Shown here in pieces: positions 1 through 11,719 of a stretch of DNA of 64,000 nt. This stretch comes from Tubiluchus corallicola (taxonomy: Eukaryota; Animalia; Priapulida). The first letter of the stretch is position 1. The number at the start of each line of letters is the position of its first letter. The DNA is taken from contig JAQGDQ010000181.1 in NCBI GenBank assembly GCA_030141605.1, positions 1 through 64,000 of the forward strand. Reading direction: 5' to 3'. The translations under genes were made by a program, and so were the position numbers. The notes under the pieces are model-generated. The model had not been told where the DNA came from. It was given only the letters and a program-made list of their open reading frames with translations, and made no database searches.

Positions 1-93
<93 letters not shown>
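1..93. repeat. (AAT)n microsatellite
   Basis: Pure AAT run from the window start, probably within an intron of the beta-lactamase-like gene. Confidence 0.97.
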
Positions 94-97
<4 letters not shown>

Positions 98-227
98 TAT
101 CATTAATGAAATTATGACTGTGAATGCCAGAATGTTCATAAACCATTGCAGTTTATTTCACAACAGTTATTGCCCATTGCGTTTAGTGAATCAGAGAAAG
201 AAGGGACATGCTGAAAAACTATAAACC

Positions 228-290
228 AGGACTTGAACCCGAGACCTTGGATTATACCTCTCATGCTCTGCCACCCGAGCTACCAGTTCA
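228..290 (-). mobile_element. tRNA-derived SINE head (degenerate)
   Basis: The minus strand reads gaactggtagctcgggtggcagagcatgagaggtataatccaaggtctcgggttcaagtcct, with an A-box-like TAGCTCGGGTGG and a B-box GGTTCAAGTCC. A related copy lies at ~37272-37320. It does not fold into a proper tRNA cloverleaf. Confidence 0.5.
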
Positions 291-459
291 ACATGACAAA
301 GCAGACCCGAGATTTCATCCTTGCAGCACACAATCCAACATTGTCCTGCGCTAAACGATATAACATGTAGCTTCTGTACCATCAATGAATACGATGAATG
401 CTGTCTAAGATGAATATTTTGATCTAAAGAATTTATTTCTAAGTTGTCGCCAAACTTAC

Positions 460-3400
460 GGTTTTTCTGTGAGTACAGCAGCCAGCAACGTTGACGTGAA
501 TGATTTTGTCACAGAAGCAATGCAGAACCTGTGATCCAGAGTCACTTCTTCTTGTGTTTCTATGTCCGCTACACCATAAGTTTTGTTGTAAACAATCTCA
601 TTGTCCATTAGTAGCACTACACTTACGCCGGGACCAAAGTGAAGGCATTTCATAAGCTGGAATATAACACATTTTCTACCCACGAGCGCTAGCGTTGCAG
701 AACAAATTATAGTCATAAGTCCTTTATTTCACATTACACATTTACAATAGTTTCATGTACAATATATAGTGAAAAGCCTACAATTAACATAATGCAAATA
801 AGCTTTTATTGCTTCTGCACAAGAAAGCCTCACACACTGTTCACCTATATACATATGTAAATGTGTTGCGGGTAATCAAAAAGCAGGGCTTGTTAGATTG
901 TCCTACACAGTGAAAGGAAAAAAAGTAATGAAAATAATCTGAACATTTGAAGTGAATCGTATGATAAAGAAAACATTTAGTGCTTCAAAATGGAATGATG
1001 TAATGAATGAAGCTCATATATGAGATGATATAAAAGATAGAAAGACTATGCTTTTTCTCTTCATCATTAGGTATCCACTTTGAATTAATTCATGCTACCT
1101 CGCAAACGCAGAGGGCTAGAGTCACGAAACTTACAGGGTAGATGCTTAGAATTTGGGCCTTAAAAGAGGTAGGGCGAACGGTTCACCCTTTCAAAATGAC
1201 AAGAATACTGACATCGGCCAGTTTTTCGATTATCATGCAACTCCTCCTCGGGCTTTGAGTTAAAGGTCAAGAAAAGGGATACGTGAAGTAAGATTCAGAA
1301 AAAATGTCCTAAACAATTATACTACTTTGTAACAATTTTATGCATATATCGTACTCGTGTAGAAAAGATTTTTGTTTTGTTTTCATTTTAGAACTCCCGT
1401 AATACTGTTCCGAAGTCGCCATTACATGACTTCACTTACGCGCAACTTAAATCAGGGCATAAAAAGTAAACGTTAAACTATGTCCCAAAAGACTTTCCAT
1501 GCAAAGTTATATTACTTAGCATTTCGCTTACCTGCTTGGAAGAGTTACGTATGAGAAAGAAAATTATTGATTATTGATAAAATGTCGCCTACTCACCCTC
1601 TAGGGTGCACCACGCACTAGCCAACAATGTATTTTTAATCTTATTAACAAGATACAGTTATTTAAAATTTTACTTAGTTAGTGACGTGTGCCCTACAAAT
1701 GCTCTGATTATTTTTTCAAACGTTACTTAGTGTTATCTGAACTTGTTTCAAATCACTTATCGTAAAAATGGCTGCGTCTAACGGTCATCACGGGAGTATA
1801 AATTTATACACCGTTACTGCCGACGCAAGTCGTGTATGCAAAAAGGCAGTATGTAAGTGGTGCAAAATTTCAAGACGAATAATTTAAGCTTTATGTAAGT
1901 GAAGGGTTTTCTTGTGTTTAAAATTATTTTCATAAGTACTTAGGTACTATGAAGTAGATGTATACATGGAGTTTCAAAGGCCCCGAAATACAAGCCAATA
2001 TGTATGATATTTAATAACTCAAAAACCTATAGCAACTAGAGTCACTAAACTTGCAGGAGTATGGAATCTGGGTAACTACAGTCGCGAAACTTGCAGGAGT
2101 AGGGAATCTGGGTAACTACAGTCTCGAAACTTGCAGGAGTAGGGAATCTGGGTAACTACAGTCGCGAAACTTGCAGGAGTAGGGAATCTGGGTAACTACA
2201 GTCGCGAAACTTGCAGGAGTAGGGAATCTGGGTAACTACAGTCGCGAAACTTGCAGGAGTAGGGAATCTGGGTAACTACAGTCGCGAAACTTGCAGGAGT
2301 AGGGAATCTGGGTAACTACAGTCGCGAAACTTGCAGGAGTAGGGAATCTGGGTAACTACAGTCGCGAAACTTGCAGGAGTAGGGAATCTGGGTAACTACA
2401 GTCGCGAAACTTGCAGGAGTAGGGAATCTGGGTAACTACAGTCGCGAAACTTGCAGGAGTAGGGAATCTGGGTAACTACAGTCGCGAAACTTGCAGGTGT
2501 AGGGAATCTTGGTAACTACAGTCGCGAATCTTGCAGGAGTGTGGAATCTGGGTAACTACAGTCGCGAAACTTGCAGGAGTAGGGAATCTGGTAACTACAG
2601 TCGCGAAACTTGCAGGAGTAGGGAATCTGGGTAACTACAGTCGCGAAACTTGCAGGAGTAGGGAATCTGGGTAACTACAGTCGCGAAACTTGCAGGAGTA
2701 GGGAATCTGGGTAACTACAGTCGCGAAACTTGCAGGAGTAGGGAATCTGGGTAACTACAGTCGCGAAACTTGCAGGAGTGGATTGGGTACTACAGTCGCG
2801 AAACTTGCAGGAGTGGAATCTGGGTAACTACAGTCGCGAAACTTGCAGGAGTAGGGAATCTGGGTAACTACAGTGGTGAAACTTGCAGGAGTAGGGAACC
2901 TGGGTAACTAGAGTCGCGAAACTTGCAGGAGTAGGGAATCTGGGTAACTACAGTCGCGAAACTTGCAGGAGTAGGGAATCTGGGTAACTAGAGTCGCGAA
3001 ACTTGCAGGAGTAGGGAATCTGGGTAACTACAGTCGCGAAACTTGCAGGAGTAGGGAATCTGGGTAACTACAGTGGTGAAACTTGCAGGAGTAGGGAACC
3101 TGGGTAACTAGAGTCGCGAAACTTGCAGGAGTAGGGAACCTGGGTAACTACAGTCGGGAAACTTGCAGGAGTAGGGAACCTGGGTAACTAGAGTAGCGAA
3201 ACTTGCAGGAGTAGGGAATCTGGGTAACTACAGCCGCGAAACTTGCAGGAGTAGGGAATCTGGGTAACTACAGTCGCGAAACTTGCAGGAGTAGGGAATC
3301 TGGGTAACTACAGTCGCGAAACTTGCAGGAGTAGGGAATCTGGGTAACTACAGTCGCGAAACTTGCAGGAGTATGGAATCTGGGTTACTACAGTCACGAA

Positions 3401-5463
3401 ACTTGCAGGAGTAGGGAATCTGGGTAACTACAGTCGCGAAACTTGCAGGAGTGTGGAATCTGGGTTACTACAGTCACGAAACTTGCAGGAGTGTGGAATC
3501 TGGGTAACTACAGTCACGAAACTTGCAGGTGTAGGGAATCTGGGTAACTACAGTCGCGAAACTTGCAGGAGTAGGGAATCTGGGTAACTACAGTCGCGAA
3601 ACTTGCAGGAGTAGGGAATCTGGGTAACTACAGTCGCGAAACTTGCAGGAGTATGGAATCTGGGTTACTACAGTCGCGAAACTTGCAGGAGTGTGGAATC
3701 TGGGTTACTACAGTCACGAAACTTGCAGGAGTGTGGAATCTGGGTAACTACAGTCACGAAACTTGCAGGTGTAGGGAATCTGGGTTACTACAGTCACGAA
3801 ACTTGCAGGAGTGTGGAATCTGGGTTACTACAGTCGCGAAACTTGCAGGAGTGTGGAATCTGGGTAACTAAAGTCGCGAAACTTGCAGGAGTATGGAATC
3901 TGGGTAACTGCAGTCACGAAACTTGTAGGAGTAGGGAATCTGGGTAACTACAGTTGCTAAACATGCAGGAGTAGGGAATCTGGGTAACTAGAGTCACAAA
4001 ACTTGCAGGTGTAGGGAATCTAGGTAAAAATTTGGGTAAACGACTTTGTCCCTCGAGTCGTAACATTAAACAACTCCGAAACTAGAGTATGCAGAGTCAC
4101 ACTATTTCAAAGACGTGCTTGCGAATTTGGATCTGATTTTATTCAGCCTTGGTTATGCAATTCAGAAACCTATAAACCAAAATCCAACACAAAGTGGTAG
4201 GTCCTGCTCAAATTAGATGGTTGTGGCGAAACCGGCAACTGCCTTATTATCAAGGCCATGTGTCGAAGATGAAACTTTGAGCCGGCAGAAGTATTTCAGA
4301 CATGTTTGGATGTGTATACATCTTCTCTATATGAGATAAACACCAAGGTTTAGCATGATGAATGAAACCTCGTAGAGAGGGAATCAAACCTGTTCACCCA
4401 TATGGTCCATATGATGGTTATATATGGCTAGTTCTGCTGACTTGCACAAATAATATTTTCAAATTCAAGCTCATTTAATGTACCTGTCGGTAATACGACT
4501 TATTTTCTGTAGCATCAGATAGAATATATGATGGTTCACATGATGTGTGTCTAGAATAAAATGCTTAAACAATTAATTACGGTATACATAAAATTACGTT
4601 TTTGTGATAAACTTGTATAAAAACTTGTATAAAAAAACGTGTATAAAACTGTATAAAACTTGAAAATTTAATCTTCAAAAACGACTGTTAGGCGCAGCCA
4701 TTTTGACGGTAGGCCGTTTGAAAAAGGTTTAGATAGAATTTGCGTAACGTTTGAAAAAATAATCAAAGCATTCGTAGCGCACACTTCACTAGCTAAACAA
4801 AGGTACATTTATAAACTACTGCATCTTTTCAATAAGATCAATAATGTGTTTTTGGTGAGGCAGTGACTTCTTTGGTTTACACAGGGGTAGTGAAACAGTG
4901 TCGTTTTACTAGTTGGCCCGAACATTTAAATTACTATTAATTTTCTTTTCTAGTTACCTGTCTTTTAAGTAGGCAAGCGTAATACAAAGTAATGTAATTC
5001 TGTACAGAAAGTTTTTTTCGGATATACTTGAAATTGTCTTTTATTGTGTCTAAAGCACAAACATACTTGATGATACAAGTAATATATTAAGTGCTTAATT
5101 AATGACTGCGTTAAAGCTATATAATCTAGAAGAGGATTTTTTATTTGTTGTGCTCTTATCACTAGAAGATGGTTCACGGTAACGTACTAAATCGACATGT
5201 ATCTCCTCTTAAACAAAATTTCAATTTTATAAACAGCCGTGATCCTTCAGTGGCGCTTCATCCATAAGACTTGTGGTAGACTGGTAGACCAGACCTCAAC
5301 CGAAGCTTGCGTAATCTACACTACAAGTTTGGGATTAAAGCGAGCGATTATAGTAATTTAAACTTACAGACTCAATGAAGTTGTCTAGCAATTGACTCTT
5401 CTCTTCGCTGATTGGCTCTGTTGTTGTACGACACAAAAGTAGCACGATTACGAAATATTTCAT
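460..5463 (-). CDS. Secreted beta-lactamase-related serine hydrolase, first two exons; gene continues past the left window edge
   Basis: Exon 1 is 5463-5368 (MKYFVIVLLLCRTTTEPISEEKSQLLDNFIES, signal-peptide-like, donor gtaagt, phase 0). Exon 2 is 656-460 (LMKCLHFGPGVSVVLLMDNEIVYNKTYGVADIETQEEVTLDHRFCIASVTKSFTSTLLAAVLTEK). PG.SV, YG.AD and F.IASVTKSF with the catalytic SxxK are typical of the class C beta-lactamase/PBP-like family. Confidence 0.88.
1625..1797 (+). repeat. Left copy of a diverged ~170-bp inverted repeat
   Basis: Aligns by eye to the reverse complement of 4682-4853, sharing tgattattttttcaaacgttac and aaaatggctgcg(t/c)ctaac. Confidence 0.8.
2034..4027 (+). repeat. 40-bp tandem minisatellite, ~50 copies
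   Basis: Unit gtaactacagtcgcgaaacttgcaggagtagggaatctgg, head-to-tail with no spacers. Near-identical at the 5' end, more variant at the 3' end. Confidence 0.97.
4682..4853 (-). repeat. Right copy of the ~170-bp inverted repeat
   Basis: Its reverse complement matches 1625-1797. Confidence 0.8.
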
Positions 5464-6117
5464 AATATCTATGACTCGATTCATGATTACTTTTTTCATA
5501 GGATATGTAGGGTATATAGGGAGACAGTATGTAAAAGCGCAGCCATATAAACGTGCAAGTTTCACAAAATGAATATGTATCAAAGCGCAAGGTGCAAGTA
5601 CATCTTATGTTGACAGAGCTGTTCAAAATATTTTCAGGTGATCATGCAAGATAAAGGAATTTAAAAGAGTGCTCATCTAATACTGGCCTAACTCAGCTCT
5701 GTCAGTTTTTGCCTTTCCATGTCCTATAGCAAATTTTTGGACAATGATACAATAACAACATGCAGTTTTAGATTTATTTTTAAACTTTTTTTATTTTCAA
5801 GACCTACAACAATATGCATCATGAGTTGCCAATTTGTATCATGAACAAAATATTAACAGTGATATGACATGTATAATAAAAATACAAATTTAGGGAATAG
5901 TCAATTTTAAAATTTAAAATTTAACTATTAATTATCGCTTAACAGATTAAATAAACGCATAAAAGCAATACTAAATTAGAAAGTCTGAAACTCGAACCCA
6001 AGACCTTTTGCTTTCTTGGGTCTAAAAACTAAGTTAGAAATGATGAAGTGTTAGGTCTAATTGTAGTATTGGGACTGTATTAAAAGTAGTTCTATACTGA
6101 ATGGCTTATTGGCCTAA

Positions 6118-6215
6118 TGGACCTGATTTCACAAAGCTGTCACTAACTTAGCGGACATCGTTATAATACTAATAACGACGTCGTTAACTTAGTGACGGCT
6201 TTGTGAATCCGGCCT
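6118..6215. mobile_element. ~100-bp palindromic MITE
   Basis: Arms atttcacaaagctgtcactaactta and taacttagtgacggctttgtgaat. A second family member lies at 51301-51407. Confidence 0.65.
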
Positions 6216-6640
6216 CTAGTTCTAATACAAGCAGAATCTAACTTCTTCACATTTCCGGTCTTTCGGTTTATTTAACGTCTAAAATTACAGCACCATTTTA
6301 AATATCTTACCATTGTAGTTGATTTACTCAAATAAATTTTGAATAATTTTGATATATATAGTTTCACACTGCATTGATACAATTTTCGCTTAATTTAAAC
6401 AAAATCTTGAAAGTTTTTGTTCCAATGTGCTCGGTCGTCTGATGAATTTCCAGACCATCTACTTCGATTAGCCCTATTATACCTCTCAAGTTTGTACTAT
6501 GCGTGAGGCGCAATAGGCTCCATGCAAAAACTTGAGGCACCATAGACTATAACTCGTTGTTTTTGCACCTTCTAACAAAAGGTAACGTGCCACCCTTTAG
6601 AATTAAATTGATATTAAAGCGTAGCATTGAGTTGCAGTAA

Positions 6641-9600
6641 TTAACGAATTAATTGCTGAGAAATGCGACGTGAGATTTTCTGAAACACCATCCGCTCTGC
6701 AAGTAAACCTGCCAAAGAAAACGCCATGCCAGCCGAAAGAACATAAAATGGAAGGGAAACGCGACTGAGTCCAAGAGACCCCTGTTGTCGAGTCCTTGTA
6801 CTAACAGCCGTTGTCATCACCGGGCATTCCCTATTCATTGGCCACCACTTTGCATATAATTCTTGCAGAATGCCGTGTTGATTCATATCCATCAAGCTGA
6901 AAGGTAAAATGTTTTTTTTTATTTTTTTACTGTCAAATGTCGTTTCTCTGACATTTTTTCCTATCTTAATTTTAATAAATGCTTTATACTTATGGCTTTT
7001 TTATTTAAAGAGTGTCACATCATACAGGTTACTCTAAACATTCCCCGTTATGGAACAGTAACGAGTCACCATAAAACGTTTAATATCGTTTTCAGTTTCG
7101 GCCTTATGTTATCTGCAAGGGTAGTAACAACATTGTAATATTCAAATTACATCAATAAAGATTTCCTTCAAAATAACCTGTCCACATTACAAGCATGAAA
7201 TCAGTTGTTGTTGTATTGGAAATATTGTAGTGATACCAAAGAATAGTTTTAGGATGATTTAATCCACGTTCTTCTTATTCTAAATCATTCAAGTAAAAGA
7301 ACATGCCTATTTTCGACACTGTAGCACCCCTCCATTACATGTTTGAGAGGCAACTTTGAACATCATAAACCACCAGTTATTGTACCTCATAGAAAATGAT
7401 TCCAAATATGGGAAGTGCTTTCGGAAAGCGATGGCGAAAAGTACAGGTGAAAAAGTCTCTTCGCTTAACACAAAATCACAGCTGTGACTGGCTTCATACA
7501 GGTGTGTCTGATGATCTCCAACTTTGGCAAAGCTCCCACGCCTTGTCCGCACCTTGTCAAAACCTTCCTGGTCACTGTCAAATAAGCGTTCGGCTGGATT
7601 CTCGTTTATGTGATCCCAAGCTTTGCGAATAAACGGGTCATCAGAAGTCTAGAAGAAAATGGAAGTTCTTATCAGTTTCGGTTTTAAAATTTCAATTTAG
7701 GTTGTTGGTGATTCAGATAGTCACGAAAACTTTCCAAATTATGTCGACTTCTGAAAAGCTAAAGCATCTCATCTCCCGTAAAGAGTTGGTCTACAGAGTA
7801 AAATCCATAACCCAGTTTCTTAATCAGATTTTTGATAATCCTGATAATACATTTTTGCTTTTTAGAAAACGACATGATTTGGAAAGTCATCGAAATTTAA
7901 GGTCCGAGTACAGCCCAAGGAAGAAAGGAAGAAATGGCGGAAGAAGGGAGGAAGGAAGACACAAATGAATAAAAGAAAGCGCATAGAAAAAAAACGGAAT
8001 AGGAAAAGCGGAAAGAAGAATGCAAAGTAGGAAAATTGGATGCATGATCGAGACAAACGGAAAAATTTAAAAAAAGAGGAATAAAGAAGAACGAAAAACA
8101 AGAGAATAAGGAATGAAATAAGTCCTAAATTACCTGCATCAAAACATCTAACAATGTTCCATGAATCATTCCGTAATCGATATCTGATTGATCAGCTAGG
8201 TCCTGAATACTGTTTATTGTGTAATCGATTTTGCTTATTGCTAGGAAGGCCATCAGGTTAGCAGTGTACGTAGCGATGATGATAATTCGAAACGCCCATA
8301 AAAAAGCGGTAACAATTCGATCCGAGACAGCAGAAATTTCGAAATTAGGGTCTAGAAAAATTTCGGAAATAATGGTAAAACCAAAAAGTCTTTTTAACTA
8401 TGATTTATATTTATAAAACTTGCTGTTTGTATTAAAGCACAATTAGCCTTTCCCCAAATTTGTTCGTGAAGTTTCGCTAAATTAGAGCGACGGGAGAGGC
8501 GATGCTGAAGAATTTTGAATACATCGAGACTTGAACTCGAGTTCTGTGGATTACGTACACTTGCTCTGACCATCCGAGCTATGTACTCACATGGAGAAAG
8601 CAAGCCCTTTTCACCTCTGCAATCTGCTAAAGGCTAATTGTTCTTTAATATAAACAGCTAGCTTTATTAAATCTGGTTAATCACTGTTAAAACTTCTGTT
8701 TAAGTTAGTTTTGTCACTAATTAACTAACTAATATAAGAGTAAAGTGAACAAAGGTTATTATGACATTTTCAGAACTTATTATTTCAATTAATGCCTCAT
8801 TAGAATTTAGCAGTGAATGAGCTTATTAATTAAACTTGAATTGTAATAATTATGCGATCTCGAATTCTTACCCTAAAACTTGTCCAATGTCTTTGAATGG
8901 CTTCAATTTGATGTCGGTTACTCGAGAATTGATTTTTCAATCACGAAGCGTCTCTTTGTTTACAACTTAAAACCTTCTTCATTTGAATCATGAATAATTA
9001 GTAGCAGCTTTGGTAGTTTTAATAGTTTTAGTATTAGTAGCTTTTATAATAGCTATTCAGACAGTCAATTACAACGTTTTCAAAACGAACATGGAGGAGC
9101 AAGCGTATTCAATAATCCTGTGAAATTAACACTCACCATGTAGTAGAAGCGTGCCATAAGTAAACCATATTGATTCCAGAAGATTCTGTGGACGTGACTT
9201 TCTTCCAATTTTAATGGCTGTTGGGGAATTGCGGCGAATCGCCCATAATGAGACGCCCACCACCAAGCCAGTTGCGCAGAGACACCACCAGATGTCGCCA
9301 GAAATGGGCTTCATTAGCATTGTTTGTCTGATTTCGCTTTCTTGTGTCTTGCGGAACATCAGGACGCTCTGTGATGTCTGCAGGAATGGGACAGTGAAGT
9401 TGACAGCAAGCTGTCTTTCTGGACTGTAGGCAAACGCTTGCAATGCAAAGTCAGCTTCCTATAATAGTATCTTCATTTAACACACTGCAGGCCAGTGACA
9501 GTATAAATCGCTCACATGCATGGACTAAACAATCAGGCAGTTCAGATAGCGAGTTAGCTAGTTGGCTAGTTAGTCAGTTTAGTGATCGGTGTCGGTCGAT

Positions 9601-11639
9601 CGGTCAGTCAGTCAGTCAGGCAGGCAGTCAGTCAGTCAGGTGGTCAGTCTGTCACTCATTCATTCATTCATTCACTCATTCATTCAGTCAGTCAGTCGGC
9701 CACATTTTCAGCCCGCCAGCCAGTCAGCACTTAGGCAAAACAAAGTTGTTAGCAACGCAAAATCATTACTGAAATATAACTAACCCCATCTTTATAGTTT
9801 ACATGTAATAATACATGTATTGAAGAGAGTATCTTACATTACGTTGAAGTGCGCCAATAATGCCGTTCCAACTTCCGTTTGGTTCTAGGGATCCAAATTT
9901 ACCATCAGGTGATAATATGACTCTGTACCTGCAATCATTTGTAATAAAGTTATTGGTGTTGTTGCCAATTACTGTCAGTATCAGTGTCAGTATTGTTATC
10001 GTCTTATCGATGTCATTATTCGTGTTACTAATGTCGCTGTTGCCAGCAGTATCATCGTTCTTATAGTTATTGCCCAGCAGCTAAGCTGCAGTCACATACC
10101 TGAAATTAAGCCTCCTAGATAACTCATCGAAGATGTCAACAACGTAGCCAATGTATGTCCCATTTCCTGCGTCTATGACAAAAGGAGGTCCCTAAAGAAA
10201 AAAACAAAATATAAAAGCAAGACAAACTGCGTTTTTTGAAGCTGCAGTTGTGTAAACGACAAACGACTTGGGAATAGACATCACTATGACTTTTGCAAAA
10301 TCTACAGCGTAGTACAAAGTCATTAATTATTGATACTTAATTAAAATATGCGAAATCTGTACTACGAGTTTTGTATATTTCAATTAAGAATCAATTAATG
10401 AGTAAACTGTAGTTTTAATAAACTGTATGGGTTAATGTATCAGGAAAATAGAATATGTCAGTTTTGTGATATGAATGTTGTTCAGACTCTTAATCATGCG
10501 GTCTTAGAATGTCCGAAACTAAATATGCTGACTGTGTTGAACATATCAACTCTTTTATGACACAACTTACTGTAAATAAAGCCAAATATTTGTATAAACT
10601 CGATAAAGTTTGTGGAAATAATGATCTTTAATTAATTTTCAACTTCTGTAAATATTCACGATTGTAATTAATATCACACTAAAATTATATTTCATGTAAT
10701 GATGCGTCTCGCTTGTCAATGGACAAATTGTTTTATATGTTATGTTTTTGGTATTTTACTTGGCTGTAGAAAATGCTGAATTTGTCAGTAAACTGCATTG
10801 ACTTGACTATTTGTGACTCGAATCGACTATACATGAATCGACTGTAATAAACTGACTCAAACTAACTTTATGCTCATTTGTATACATCTGCCTGTAACTA
10901 AAATATTCTATACTTTTCATACAATGCACATAGTGGAAATGCTGCCACCATTTATACTGTTTTGTAAAGCAAAGTCACTTAAAATAAATGAAGTTTATAT
11001 GTAATTCAAGGACATACTGGAAGCGTTGATGCAAGTAACTCTTTGCCATTATATCCCACATACTCAAACGAGTTTGGAAACAGATGAGGCTTTTCCTTCC
11101 GGCAACATCCCTTGCTTTTCAAATGTGGCTCTATTGTAAGTCCATTCATGTGGGAATACACGCCAGCTCTTTCAAATTTTGTCCGGTTGACACGCGTTGC
11201 AAGCGTTAGTACCTCCACACTAGTCGTCCCAGTGGAATTAACAGCTGATTGTGCAGTGTTGTTCTCACATGCTCTAAAAGTGATGATGTTGGCATAGGGA
11301 ACTCTCAAGAGAAGCAAAAGTTCCTCGCTGGGTTCATTCAGGGGTGCGTTGACGATATAGTATGCGGCGCTGGCAAACAGACTGTTCTCCTGGTCATTGA
11401 ACTGAAAAATAATGATGATGATGATGACAACAACAACGACGACGACGACGACAACGACAACAACAGCAACTACTACTACTACTACAACGACGACGACGAC
11501 GACGACGGCAACTACTACTACTACTACTACAACAACGACAACAACGTCAACAACGACAACAACGACAACCACGACAACCACGACAACCACGACCACCACG
11601 ACCACCACGACCACCACGACCACAACCACAACCACAACC

Positions 11640-11676
<37 letters not shown>

Positions 11677-11681
11677 CTACT

Positions 11682-11719
<38 letters not shown>

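Noticed and set aside
228-290. tRNA gene (also 37272-37320)
   Set aside because: A and B boxes are present but the acceptor and anticodon stems do not pair, so this is a SINE-like relic.
2034-4027. CRISPR array, or the repeat-protein ORFs at 3363-3947
   Set aside because: Units are contiguous with no unique spacers, there are no cas genes and the context is eukaryotic. The ORFs are by-products of the 40-bp repeat inside an intron.
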